DNA of 56,937 nt, from assembly GCA_964597145.1 (NCBI GenBank), contig CAZQWH010000006.1:1-56937 (forward strand), read 5' to 3'. Origin of the DNA: an uncultured Candidatus Saccharibacteria bacterium. GTDB lineage: Bacteria > Patescibacteriota > CAZHWT01. Positions 27,716 to 38,345 of this stretch are shown here, piece by piece; the stretch's first letter is position 1, and every line of letters begins with the position of its first letter. The position numbers and the translations under genes were made by a program. The notes below the pieces were generated by a model, which ran no database searches, was not told the origin of the DNA, and worked only from the letters and a program-made list of their open reading frames with translations.

Positions 27716-27973
27716 ATGAAAAAATCTTCAACCTCTTCTATTTTACTAGCGTTTGCCTTTTTCTGGACCATTGCCACCCGGCCGGCTTTTGCCTACTTAG
27801 ACCCTGGCACTGGTAGTATGATCTTTCAGGTAGCCTTAGCCAGCTTGTTTGGCGTATTACTCGCTATCAAGACATTCTGGTTACAAATTAAACACTTTGT
27901 CCTCTCAACTGTTTTGCACAAACAGGTTGAGGTTGAGGAAGTGCCAGCAAAATCAAAAAAGGCTAAGTCATGA
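27716..27973 (+). CDS. Small membrane protein with signal-like segment and YLDPGTGS motif
   Basis: AFA-YLDPGTGS followed by TM; overlaps next start (ATGA). Confidence 0.75.
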   Translation: MKKSSTSSILLAFAFFWTIATRPAFAYLDPGTGSMIFQVALASLFGVLLAIKTFWLQIKHFVLSTVLHKQVEVEEVPAKSKKAKS

Positions 27974-29388
27974 GTCAAACGACATCTACGGTTTCCCTAG
28001 ATGCTGCCTCTTTCCGCGATCCCAGCGGTGCCATATTTACCCACCAAGGAAAACTATACCGAACGGTCAATGCCCGCTACCAAGACCATTACGACCAGCT
28101 CATGGATGGGTTATATCAAGAATTAGTAGATGAAGGCCTATTGATTGCTCACAAGGAAGTGTCGGCAACGGATGGCCTCCCTCAAACCGCCTACAAGGTT
28201 ATCCAGCCAACAGTTGTGCCGTTCATCTCCTATCCATATGAATGGAGTTTCAGCCAACTTCAAGATGCGGCTCTACTCACCTTAAAAATTCAACGAATTG
28301 CCATGAAACACGGCATGAGTCTTAAGGACGCTAGCGCCTATAATGTACAGTTTTTAAATGGCCAACCCATTTTTATTGACACGCTCTCGTTCGAAGCCTA
28401 CAAAAATGTACCGTGGGTAGCTTACAAGCAGTTTTGCCAACACTTCTTGGCCCCTCTGGCGCTAATGTGTCACACCGATTTGCGGTTACAGGATTTACTG
28501 CAAACTAATATTGATGGCATTCCGCTCGATTTAGCCTCAACCTTATTGCCAACCAAAACCAAGTTGCAACCCGGCTTGTTAATGCATATTCATCTACATG
28601 GCCGCAGTCAAGTCTCGCATGCATCCGATGGTGCTGTGGCTGCTCAAGGCCAAGCGCCCAAGACGACAGCCGCTATGTCTAGCCAGGCACTGTTGGGACT
28701 GATTGGTAGCTTAGAAGGAGCAGTGACAAAGCTCAAACCTAAAGGACAGCAAACCGAGTGGGCCAGTTATTATGTTAACAATAACAATTATGTTGATGCG
28801 GCCATGAAGCACAAGCAAGAATTAGTGCGAGGGTATGTTCAAAAGCTAAAAGCTAAGACCGCTCTAGATGTCGGAGCCAATACTGGTTTGTTTAGTATGA
28901 TTGCCGCCGACGAGGGCGCATTTACCCTGGCCATGGATATCGATCCCTTGGCCACCGAAGGGTTGTACCGACACCTTAACCGTGAGGGCGACGTGCGCCA
29001 AGAGCGTATTTTACCCTTAGTGGTGGATATTACGCAGCCTAGCCCAGCCTTGGGCTGGAATAACCAAGAACGAACGTCTATCTTAGATCGTACATCGGTA
29101 GATGTCGTATTGGCCTTGGCCGTGGTACATCACTTGGCTATCCCCAACAATATTCCACTAGACATGATTGCCCAAGTTTTTGCCCGGATGAGCAAAAAAG
29201 GTTTAGTGGTAGAGTTTATTCCCAAAGAAGACTCCCAGGTGAAGATTTTATTAGCCACCCGCGAAGATATCTTTAACAACTACACCAAGGAAGGGTTTGA
29301 GGCTGCCTTTAATCGATATTTCAAAATTAAGCAGGTCGAACCAATCAAGAAATCTAAGCGATTCTTGTACTTAATGGAGAAGAAGTAG
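27970..29388 (+). CDS. NoeA-like protein with C-terminal SAM-dependent methyltransferase
   Basis: SFRDPSG, ISYPYEWSF, LKDASAYN, LDVGANTG, LAVVHHL. Confidence 0.82.
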   Translation: MSQTTSTVSLDAASFRDPSGAIFTHQGKLYRTVNARYQDHYDQLMDGLYQELVDEGLLIAHKEVSATDGLPQTAYKVIQPTVVPFISYPYEWSFSQLQDAALLTLKIQRIAMKHGMSLKDASAYNVQFLNGQPIFIDTLSFEAYKNVPWVAYKQFCQHFLAPLALMCHTDLRLQDLLQTNIDGIPLDLASTLLPTKTKLQPGLLMHIHLHGRSQVSHASDGAVAAQGQAPKTTAAMSSQALLGLIGSLEGAVTKLKPKGQQTEWASYYVNNNNYVDAAMKHKQELVRGYVQKLKAKTALDVGANTGLFSMIAADEGAFTLAMDIDPLATEGLYRHLNREGDVRQERILPLVVDITQPSPALGWNNQERTSILDRTSVDVVLALAVVHHLAIPNNIPLDMIAQVFARMSKKGLVVEFIPKEDSQVKILLATREDIFNNYTKEGFEAAFNRYFKIKQVEPIKKSKRFLYLMEKK

Positions 29389-29450
29389 CAGGTGCTCGCT
29401 ATTTTGTTGGCAGCAGTGAGTCGACTGGCGACGGCCGACTACTACTTTAC

Positions 29451-31088
29451 ATGGTGAAGTATATGAATCAGGGTATCAAAAAGATAACAGCCCCAATAAA
29501 CACAGCGCTTGGTAAAATGAATTGGCATAAGCCGTATATCTACCTTACACCGCTTCTCATCACCTGGTATGTCTTTATTGCGCTATATTCCCACAATATC
29601 TCTGGCATTACCATAGACTATTTCTGGCGACCATTTCTGCTGGCCACCCTAGCAACCGCTATCTTTTTCGTCGCTATAATTAGCTTATGTCGCAATCTGA
29701 GCCGAGCCTCTCTACTTGCCAGCTTTTTATTAATCACCTTCTTTGCCTATGGACACATTGCGACGCTTATAGGCGGTCAAGATTTCGATCCACATCTGGG
29801 CAACCTCATATTTGCGGTTTACGCCCTGCTCTTGGCTGGGCTTATTTGGTACTTTAAAAAAGGTAGTCCGGCTATTGGGCAAATCCTTAAATATCTTGCA
29901 GTCATTACGGTTGCCAGTATTGGTATTGCGCTCGTTACGGTTATCCCCGTCGAGATTGGGCGATATCAGGCCAATGCTAAATCGGTGGCCGTGGCCAGTA
30001 ATTTACCCACACACAATCCTCCCCGTCAAACTGCGAGCAAGCCCGACATTTACTACCTTATTTTCGATCGCTACGCTGGCGTCCACACCCTTAAAAATTA
30101 TTACAATTTTGACAATCAACCGTTTTTAAATACCTTGCGCGACCAAGGGTTTTATGTGACTGAAGATAGTTATACGAATTATCCCAAGACGACGTTTTCT
30201 TTATCTTCCTCATTAAATATCGACTATCTCCAAGCCTTAATCGATGAGGATGACCCCTCTCTTTCCGATGCAACCACTATCGCCACCTTGCTCTCTAATA
30301 ATAAAGTCGGTCAAACGCTGCAAAAGTTAGGCTACACCTATTACCATCTTGGAAATTGGTACGAGCTAACCGACACTATGGCCATTGCCGATGTGAACGT
30401 CCAACCCGATCAATCCGACTTCCCGCGCTACGATACCTTTACCGACATGATTCTGGAGTCCACCTACTACCCCTTAATCCAAGCCTATCTGCCATTTACT
30501 CAGAGTCCTCAAGATTCAAAAATCAGGCATCGCTTATGGTCCGAATTTCAGCACCACCAAATCAACCAGCTGATCCCAAACCAGTCTCCCAAATTTGTAG
30601 TCATGCATATGTTACTTCCCCATAATCCATTCGTGTACGATGCGAACTGTAAACCGCTCAATCCACCTCTCGATCGCTGGGATGCATCTCCACAGGATTA
30701 CACTAATCAGCTGCAGTGTGCCAATCAAGTTATTACCGACATCACCAGCCATATTCTGCAAACGGCCGCTAGTTCTTCAATAATTATTGTTCAGTCCGAT
30801 GAAGGACCAGAAGCTAAAGTCAATAAAATGCCGCATCACTGGCAGTTCCGAGACGCCAGCACCGAGGATATTAAAGAGCGATCCAATATTCTCAATGCCT
30901 ATTATTTCCCCGATCAAAACTATAATCAGCTCTACCAAAGCATATCGCCGGTCAACACCTTCCGCACCATTTTTCGACAATATTTTAATCTCGACACGCC
31001 CAACTTAGAAGATAAAACCTACGTTTTCCCCGACAAAGACCATTTATTCGAGTTCAAAGACGTCACGCAGCAATTGATTGCTGAGTGA
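29451..31088 (+). CDS. Membrane-anchored sulfatase/alkaline-phosphatase superfamily protein
   Basis: About 5 TM helices, PDIYYLIFDRY, NYPKT, PHNPF, QSDEG. Confidence 0.8.
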   Translation: MVKYMNQGIKKITAPINTALGKMNWHKPYIYLTPLLITWYVFIALYSHNISGITIDYFWRPFLLATLATAIFFVAIISLCRNLSRASLLASFLLITFFAYGHIATLIGGQDFDPHLGNLIFAVYALLLAGLIWYFKKGSPAIGQILKYLAVITVASIGIALVTVIPVEIGRYQANAKSVAVASNLPTHNPPRQTASKPDIYYLIFDRYAGVHTLKNYYNFDNQPFLNTLRDQGFYVTEDSYTNYPKTTFSLSSSLNIDYLQALIDEDDPSLSDATTIATLLSNNKVGQTLQKLGYTYYHLGNWYELTDTMAIADVNVQPDQSDFPRYDTFTDMILESTYYPLIQAYLPFTQSPQDSKIRHRLWSEFQHHQINQLIPNQSPKFVVMHMLLPHNPFVYDANCKPLNPPLDRWDASPQDYTNQLQCANQVITDITSHILQTAASSSIIIVQSDEGPEAKVNKMPHHWQFRDASTEDIKERSNILNAYYFPDQNYNQLYQSISPVNTFRTIFRQYFNLDTPNLEDKTYVFPDKDHLFEFKDVTQQLIAE

Positions 31089-31094
31089 CGGTAG

Positions 31095-31165
31095 GGGGTG
31101 GCTTTGCTTGACTTAATAAATCCCTGTAGTAATTTATTCGCCATAATTGTTTGCTGAGCTAGCCA
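31095..31165 (-). pseudogene. 3' remnant of a four-helix-bundle gene
   Basis: WLAQQTIMANKLLQGFIKSSK; homologous to 9066-9158. Confidence 0.6.
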
Positions 31166-31249
31166 ATCGAAGAAAATAAACTCGAATAAATAAAATTCCA
31201 AATTCGAAACAATAGTAAAATTTGAAAATTGAATAAATTAAACTTGACA

Positions 31250-31637
31250 ATGCTTACTGAAGAGCTTATAGAGAAAGGCGTGCAGCAAAATTCTGAGTTA
31301 AAACTTTATAACCTGGAAGATCGGTGTTTATTATTTGCCCAAGAGGTTCGCAATTTTGTGAAAACTTTACCAAAATCCATCTCAAACATAGTATGCGAAA
31401 CAATTAACCCGTTCGTCAGCTTCAATTGGGGCTAATTACTTAGAAGTCAATGAAAAGCTGAGTAAAAAGGATTTTGTGTTACGAGCAAAGATTGCTAAAA
31501 AAGAAGCTAAAGAGACTCGATATTGCTTGCGGCTCGTTGAGCCTATCGAAAGCGGGCAAGTAACTCAATTAAAGTTGGCTTAGGAAGTCACTGAACTTAT
31601 GAATATTCTCGGAGCAATACTTAAAAAAGTAAATTAA
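31250..31637 (+). pseudogene. Four helix bundle protein pseudogene
   Basis: YNLEDR..FA..VR..LPK, frameshift near 31391 into YAKQLTRSSASIGANYLE..KEAKET, in-frame TAG at 31581-31583. Confidence 0.85.
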
Positions 31638-31774
31638 TTTCGAAATTTAATATTCTAAGTTGTCTCGTATTTCACACTTCGTATTTCAAATTTTTATACC
31701 CATCTACTGAATGTTCCACTATATCCACTGTACGCTATACGCTCGCCCTCTACGCTAGTATAATAACCAAAGCT

Positions 31775-33409
31775 ATGAAACTCCCAACCATTCCTCATCT
31801 TCATTTATTACGCCAGGTTCATCATGCGCCAATCTATCCCATCCTCCTAACAATCTATCCCATCCTCTTTTTATATGCCTTTAACATTCATGAAGTGTCT
31901 TTAAATATGCTGTGGCTACCCATGGTCGGCGCATTAGTATTGGCTGGCGGGTTACTATTTATCGCCCATAAGGTTATGAAGGGTTGGAATAGAGCAGCCT
32001 TATGGTTTACCGGCTTTGGGGTGCTATTCTTTGGCTATGGCCATTTAGTAGCCCAGTTTACGGCCTCGTTTCACTTGTTTGGTGTTACCTGGCAAACAGA
32101 TTTAGTGATTTTGGTCGTATTTGGTATCATTCTAACCGTATTTAGTTGGTGGCTGTGGCGTAATCGTCAATTCCATCTAGGTAATGTAAATGTAGTTATA
32201 AATGTGATGAGTTTTATTCTAATTATGATGTCAGCTATCACCATTATTCCTACCGAAGTAACTAAATTATCCACCCCGTCTCAATCTCCAAACACCACCG
32301 TTAATGCCGCCCATATCACCGCCGACCCTGCCACCTCGCCCGATGTTTACTATATAGTTTTCGACCGTTACGCCGGTCAGCAGTCGTTTAAAGAGCTATA
32401 CAAATTCGATAATAGCGCCTTTTATGACATGTTAGAGCGTAAAGGTTTTTACATTGCTCAAGACAGCAAGACCAATTATCCTTCAACATCGTTCTCGCTA
32501 TCTTCAACCTTAAATATGAAATATCACGATCAGCTCAATACCAGTGAGGCCGCCTATCCGTCTCAGGCAGACTACATTTACCCTCTATTTAAAAATTATG
32601 AGGTCGGTAAAGTCTTCAAAGAACATGGGTATAAAGTGATCCAGCTAGGATCGTGGTTTATATACACTCATCAAGAGGGGATTGCCGACGAAAATTATGC
32701 CTTAGGCTCATCCCGTCAGATAGTAAAGCTAGATGCCTTTACTAGTAAACTTATTAGCACCACTGCTCTTTATCCAATCTTAGAAGAAGTAGCCCCTGGA
32801 GTAATTAAAAATAATAATTTCCAGTCACATTATCTGTACGCCGAATATGAACGACAGAAATTTCCCGAAATTACCCAGGAAGCCGGCCCCAAGTTTGTCT
32901 TCGCCCATGTTTTAGTGCCGCACGACCCATTTGTGTATGATCGCGACTGTAAGCTGTTAGACGAGAATGTTTCCAACCAACGCGACATTATCCTTAATTA
33001 CACCGATATGGTAGAGTGCGCCAACAAAATTGCCGAAGCTATGATAGACCAGGCCCGGGCAGCCGCCCAGCAAGCCAACCGACCCGATCCCGTTATCTTG
33101 ATTCAAGCGGATGAAGGGCCATACCCCCTCCTGGATTGGCGACACGAAGTAGGCCCGTACAACAGTCAAACCACCGCCCAACTCTTGGAGCGTTTCCGCA
33201 TTCTCAACGCCTATTATTTCCCCAGCCAAGACTATAGCAACCTCTACCAAAACATTACTCCGGTCAATAGCTTTAGAATTGTTCTTAACCAGCTATTTAC
33301 CACCAACTACAAACTATTACCCGACCATAATTATCGTTTTAAAGACGGCCAGCACATGTTCGACTACATCGATGTCACTCAACAATTACGTAATTATTCA
33401 AACCAATAA
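31775..33409 (+). CDS. Membrane-anchored sulfatase-like protein, paralog of 29451-31088
   Basis: PDVYYIVFDRY, NYPST, PHDPF, QADEG, LNAYYFP. Confidence 0.8.
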   Translation: MKLPTIPHLHLLRQVHHAPIYPILLTIYPILFLYAFNIHEVSLNMLWLPMVGALVLAGGLLFIAHKVMKGWNRAALWFTGFGVLFFGYGHLVAQFTASFHLFGVTWQTDLVILVVFGIILTVFSWWLWRNRQFHLGNVNVVINVMSFILIMMSAITIIPTEVTKLSTPSQSPNTTVNAAHITADPATSPDVYYIVFDRYAGQQSFKELYKFDNSAFYDMLERKGFYIAQDSKTNYPSTSFSLSSTLNMKYHDQLNTSEAAYPSQADYIYPLFKNYEVGKVFKEHGYKVIQLGSWFIYTHQEGIADENYALGSSRQIVKLDAFTSKLISTTALYPILEEVAPGVIKNNNFQSHYLYAEYERQKFPEITQEAGPKFVFAHVLVPHDPFVYDRDCKLLDENVSNQRDIILNYTDMVECANKIAEAMIDQARAAAQQANRPDPVILIQADEGPYPLLDWRHEVGPYNSQTTAQLLERFRILNAYYFPSQDYSNLYQNITPVNSFRIVLNQLFTTNYKLLPDHNYRFKDGQHMFDYIDVTQQLRNYSNQ

Positions 33410-33557
33410 ATGTACAATTAAATGTACATTTATGAGCAATCATCTTACTTGACCATAGTCAACCAGCCATGTACGCTAGGTTAGTTAAGCATTGCCCAGA
33501 TAGGTTGATCTATCTGCATCCAATTTGGCCTGTTACAATGAGGCTTTGTAAAACTAC

Positions 33558-34514
33558 ATGAAGGAAAATGTTATGAAATCTAAGCTTCAGGCATTCGAGC
33601 TATTCGAAGCGTCAACTAAAGAAAACAAGGTATTGGCTGGATTATCTGACGATTATTTAACTCTGTCAGAAATGTCCGACGAGGAACGTCAATTTTTAAG
33701 CGCTCTCGTTCTACGCAAGCAACCAAAGAAGCTGCTCGAAATAGGCGTGAGTGCGGGAAGCTCCTCAGTCATTTTACTAAACGCTATTAAAGATATCTCT
33801 AATGCCGCGCTACATTCCATAGATTATGCTACCGATTATTATCTAGATAACACTAAAAAGACTGGTTTTGTGGTTGATGGGTATACGGATCTATCGTCCA
33901 AGTGGAAGCTTTACACTGGTGGTTTAGCTCTGGAGTATATGGATAAAATAGGTGATGGTATCGATTTTTGTTTTATTGATGCAGCCCATATGAATCCGGG
34001 AGAAATCTTGGATACTCTTATGGTACTTCCATATCTCAAAGATGACGCCATAATTGTTTACCATGACGTTAATTTACCCACCTTCGTCCATAAAGTTACC
34101 TACGATATTAATCGAACCTTAACCAATAATTTATTAATGAGTGCCGTCCATGGTAAAAAGATTATTTTAAAGAACTTCAAGTGGGGTAAAGATTCTCGGA
34201 CCCATTTCCCCAACATGGGTGCTATTCAACTAAACACCAACTCCAAAGCCCATGTCTTCGAAATCTTTAACTTATTAACCCTCAAGTGGAGCTATTTGCC
34301 AACCAAAAGCGAGGAAGAAACAATTATTAAATTCTTTGCCAAGCACTACGATAAATACCCTGTCGACTATACTCGCAAATGCTTTGAGTATCAGCGGTCC
34401 CGGTTTAAGGTCTCAACCACGGAAAAAGCGAAGAAATTCCTGAAGAGTGCGGTAATTAGAATGATAGGTCAGAATCGTTACGAGTCACTTATAACTAAGG
34501 CCTTAAGATCCTAA
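33558..34514 (+). CDS. Class I SAM-dependent methyltransferase
   Basis: LLEIGVSAGSS, FIDAAH, IVYHD. Confidence 0.82.
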   Translation: MKENVMKSKLQAFELFEASTKENKVLAGLSDDYLTLSEMSDEERQFLSALVLRKQPKKLLEIGVSAGSSSVILLNAIKDISNAALHSIDYATDYYLDNTKKTGFVVDGYTDLSSKWKLYTGGLALEYMDKIGDGIDFCFIDAAHMNPGEILDTLMVLPYLKDDAIIVYHDVNLPTFVHKVTYDINRTLTNNLLMSAVHGKKIILKNFKWGKDSRTHFPNMGAIQLNTNSKAHVFEIFNLLTLKWSYLPTKSEEETIIKFFAKHYDKYPVDYTRKCFEYQRSRFKVSTTEKAKKFLKSAVIRMIGQNRYESLITKALRS

Positions 34515-34560
34515 TCTTTGCACTTTGCATAGCTAGATTGTGTGACGTTGGAGAGTATTA

Positions 34561-35727
34561 ATGAAGATGATCAAAAAAGATAAAGTCTTAATCTTAACAC
34601 TTAGACTAGGCACAAATTATGGAGGAATACTTCAGGCCTTTGCGCTACAAGAATACTTAAAGCAAAACAAAGTAATTGCAACAACAATAGATCTGCAACA
34701 AGAAAACTTTATCCGTAAGATGCGCTTATTCTTCAAGGATGCTGTTCGCAGAGTTTTGCATTTAGTTTCACCCACTGTGCATGATCTACCTTCAGATATT
34801 GAGAGCCACCAATGTTTACATACTCAAAGATTTATACAGGAAAACATAAGAACGGTAGGCTCTAAATCCATTCCTGCTCCAGGTGAGTTGGCACAGCAAT
34901 ACGATGCTCTAATAGTTGGGAGTGATCAGGTGTGGCGTAGTGCATATGTGCCCGTCGAGAAATATTTATTTGACTTTGCTGAGGGTCAAGATATCACTCG
35001 CCTATCTTATGCAGCATCATTTGGTCGAGATGATTTGTCTGAATATAACCCAGACTTACTGCTCAGATCCGCTAGGCTAGCTAGGAGCTTCGATGCAATC
35101 TCCGTAAGGGAGGACTCTGGTGTTGATTTAGTTAAACGCTACTGGGGCATGGACGCAGAGCAACATTTAGATCCAACCTTCTTACTTGATAAGGAGCGCT
35201 TCATTGATTTAGTCAAAAGTGATAATGATAAGCTACTCCCATCTAATGGCGATTTATTTGTCTATGTGTTAGATCGTGGCGATGGCAAGAGTGAAGTAAT
35301 TGATCGAGTTGCGACTAGCCTCAAGCTTAAAACTTTTGAGCTTTTGCCTCAAAGAGCAAATTCACGCACAGAATTTTTTGCTAATACACATAAATACCAA
35401 TTGCCACCGGTAGCACAATGGCTTAAAAGTTTTTGTGATGCTGAGTTTATAATTACCGACTCATTTCATGGAACAGCATTTGCCATTATTTTTAACAAGC
35501 CATTTATAACTATCGGTAATAAAGAGCGCGGTTTGGCGAGATTTACTTCTCTGCTAAAAATATTTGGATTAGAGAACCGACTTGTTTCAGATATATCAGA
35601 ACTAACAGATGAATTGATTAAAAGTAAGATCGATTGGAAGTTAGTTAACACCATTAAGAGAAACGAGCAAGCGCGTTCAAACACTTATCTAAGTAAATAT
35701 TTAGGTATTAAAAAACAGGAAGAATAG
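34561..35727 (+). CDS. Polysaccharide pyruvyl transferase family protein
   Basis: NYGG.LQ.FAL, VGSDQVW, YAASFG, SVRE, DPT, TDSFHG. Confidence 0.9.
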   Translation: MKMIKKDKVLILTLRLGTNYGGILQAFALQEYLKQNKVIATTIDLQQENFIRKMRLFFKDAVRRVLHLVSPTVHDLPSDIESHQCLHTQRFIQENIRTVGSKSIPAPGELAQQYDALIVGSDQVWRSAYVPVEKYLFDFAEGQDITRLSYAASFGRDDLSEYNPDLLLRSARLARSFDAISVREDSGVDLVKRYWGMDAEQHLDPTFLLDKERFIDLVKSDNDKLLPSNGDLFVYVLDRGDGKSEVIDRVATSLKLKTFELLPQRANSRTEFFANTHKYQLPPVAQWLKSFCDAEFIITDSFHGTAFAIIFNKPFITIGNKERGLARFTSLLKIFGLENRLVSDISELTDELIKSKIDWKLVNTIKRNEQARSNTYLSKYLGIKKQEE

Positions 35728-35737
35728 CATATACGTA

Positions 35738-37135
35738 ATGGGCAAAAAGACTGATTTAGCTAAAAATACTTTAATTATTGGCGTAGGTAAGATCTCGACC
35801 CAATTTATATCCTTTCTACTTCTTCCAATTTATACAATTTATTTGTCGCCAGCTGATTATGGGCTAGTTGACTTATCACTTACATATGTGATGCTAATTG
35901 CTCCGGTTGTTACAATACAGCTTGAGCTCGCTGCGTTCAGATACTTATTAGATGCTAGGGGGGATCATGTAGTAATAACACGCATCTTGTCGAGTGTCTT
36001 ACGGTGGTACGTTGGGCTTTTGGGCGCATTCGCACTCATGTCGGTTGTAGTAAATCAATTTATAGATATACCTTACTTTTGGTTGATTTGGGGTGTGGTG
36101 ATCGCCACGATACTTTCATCATTGCTCTTGCATATTGCACGTGGCCTGGGTGAAAATAAGCAATTCGCAATTGCAAGCATTTTAACTGGGATCGGGACAT
36201 TAATCGGAACTATTCTATTTGTCGTTCTTCTCCAATGGGGCATTGGTGGTATTTTTATGGCATCAATAGTTGCAAATATAGGATGCGCGTTATATTTATT
36301 CTTTACTCTTAAGCTATACGCTAGTCTAAGCATTAAAAATGCAGATGAGCATCTTCAAGGGGCGATGCCGAAATATTCACTCCCTCTTGTTCCAAATACC
36401 ATTGCTCTGTGGATAATAAATGTATTAGATAGAACAATCATCACAATTATGTTGGGAGTAGCAGCTAATGGTATTTATGCAGTTTCAGGTAAATTTGCAC
36501 TAGTTCTGGGTGGATTTTTTAGCATACTTCTTTTGTCCTGGACCGAATCAGTATCATTACATATTAATTCGCGTGACAAAGATGCATATATATCTGATGC
36601 GTTTAACGCCATCATGACGTTCCTCGCTACACTTGGATTAATCCTTATTGCTGGCCTGCCTTACGCACTCCCACTCTTGATTGACAATCAGTTTGCTGAT
36701 GCGCTATGGTATACCCCTATCTTAGTGGTTGGTGTGATATTTAGCTCCGCTATGAGTCTATATGGTGGAATCTATATTGCCGAAAAGTTGACAAAAGAAG
36801 TTGCTGTGACTACGATCTGGACGGCTGTACTAAATGTTATATTGACAGTGTTGTTGATACCATTCTGGGGATTGTACGGCTCGGCAGTTGCAACCTTAGT
36901 GGCTTTCTTATTTGTTATGATTTATCGTCATTTTGACATCAGAAATTACGTTATCATTCAGTATGACGCAAGAAGCTTCCTTCCACTTCTTGTCGGTTAT
37001 GCGGTTATTTTAACCATATTTTACATTGGGAATGTTTACTGGCAAGCTGCTGGTCTTGTATTTGCCTGCATCGTCTTTACATTACTTAATAAAAATAACT
37101 TACTTGCCCTGTCACGGAAGGTTTTAGGTAGATAA
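35738..37135 (+). CDS. Second oligosaccharide flippase (Wzx-like)
   Basis: FLLLPIYT.YLSP.DYG, YSLPLVP, LDR, NGIY. Confidence 0.88.
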   Translation: MGKKTDLAKNTLIIGVGKISTQFISFLLLPIYTIYLSPADYGLVDLSLTYVMLIAPVVTIQLELAAFRYLLDARGDHVVITRILSSVLRWYVGLLGAFALMSVVVNQFIDIPYFWLIWGVVIATILSSLLLHIARGLGENKQFAIASILTGIGTLIGTILFVVLLQWGIGGIFMASIVANIGCALYLFFTLKLYASLSIKNADEHLQGAMPKYSLPLVPNTIALWIINVLDRTIITIMLGVAANGIYAVSGKFALVLGGFFSILLLSWTESVSLHINSRDKDAYISDAFNAIMTFLATLGLILIAGLPYALPLLIDNQFADALWYTPILVVGVIFSSAMSLYGGIYIAEKLTKEVAVTTIWTAVLNVILTVLLIPFWGLYGSAVATLVAFLFVMIYRHFDIRNYVIIQYDARSFLPLLVGYAVILTIFYIGNVYWQAAGLVFACIVFTLLNKNNLLALSRKVLGR

Positions 37136-37158
37136 TGCGGTAAGTGTATATCATTTAT

Positions 37159-38178
37159 ATGGGAAAAACTAAGAAAGTTTTTAAAAAGATATTACCTAAA
37201 AGAGTCAGAAGGCAGCTTTTTGCACTTCGCGAAGAATGGATTGCCCTACAAGTTTTTCTTTATGATCGAAAGCGATTTAGTGCACATAGCTTAAAAAGCC
37301 TTCGACACGCTACTGTTGATCAAATTGACGGTAAATTAACATTCCACGCTCATTCATTAGAGAAAGGGCTGAGTCATGAGCAATTGCGTCTCGGGTTTGG
37401 CATGCACGCCCTTGAAGGATTGGCTGAAGCATTAAAGGCATATCAAATGCGGGGTTATGATAAGAACCGTCGGCCATATATTAATGCACTTTCTGTGCTT
37501 AAAGAATACATTGATGTACACAATGCAAAGGGTCATGATATTGCATATGTAGACAATCTTTTTGGTGATTTCGCAAAAGAGGCTCGAAAGAGCATTTCAA
37601 CGATGGGTGGTATTGTTGAAATAAGTGCATCCTCAAAGTCTAACAATAAAAATAAAAATTTTGCGGATTTATTTACTGGTCGATATAGTGTTCGGGAATA
37701 TGCTGATAGTGATGTTGAGATTGAAAAGGTTAACCGTGCAATCAACTTATCAATGAAATCGCCATCTATCTGCAACCGTCAATCTTCGCGCGTCCATGTA
37801 ATTACAGATCTTGAGTTGATACGTAAAGTATTAAATATTCAAGGCGGATTAAGTGGTTATGATGCGCCACCTGTACTATTGGTTACCACCACGGAAACGG
37901 GTAGCTTCTTGGCATCCACGGAGAGAAATCAAATCTACACGGATGGAGGACTGTTTTCTATGTCCTTATTGTTATCACTGGAATATGAAGGGTTGGCTGC
38001 GTGTCCGCTAAATGCAATGTTTACTGTAAAACAAGATAAGTCTATTCGCTCACTACTTAAACTACCTGCAAGTGAGAATATTATAATGTTTATCGGTATA
38101 GGAAACTTTAAAGACGCAAGTAATGTGCCAAAGTCATTTAGGTTTAATGTGCACGATATTGTTAATGAGATAGAGTAA
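37159..38178 (+). CDS. Nitroreductase family protein (polysaccharide-locus type)
   Basis: HSLEKGL, RYSVREY, SPSICNRQ, DGGLF. Confidence 0.85.
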   Translation: MGKTKKVFKKILPKRVRRQLFALREEWIALQVFLYDRKRFSAHSLKSLRHATVDQIDGKLTFHAHSLEKGLSHEQLRLGFGMHALEGLAEALKAYQMRGYDKNRRPYINALSVLKEYIDVHNAKGHDIAYVDNLFGDFAKEARKSISTMGGIVEISASSKSNNKNKNFADLFTGRYSVREYADSDVEIEKVNRAINLSMKSPSICNRQSSRVHVITDLELIRKVLNIQGGLSGYDAPPVLLVTTTETGSFLASTERNQIYTDGGLFSMSLLLSLEYEGLAACPLNAMFTVKQDKSIRSLLKLPASENIIMFIGIGNFKDASNVPKSFRFNVHDIVNEIE

Positions 38179-38345
38179 GTTCTTAACTAATATATTAGCC
38201 CTGGTTGCAGGGTTAGTGCTACAAGGCTGGCGGTTGGTCGTTTGACAGGCTGAAGGCCTCTAGGCTATAGTTTCTCTGTGAAAGATAATCAGCAAGCGGG
38301 CAACCTCATTAAGTTAAAATTTTAGATTTCCTGCGGTTTAAATTA

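Noticed and set aside
31581..31583. Stop-codon recoding (TAG read-through)
   Set aside because: The same gene has a frameshift, and TAG terminates many other genes here, so a pseudogene is the simpler explanation
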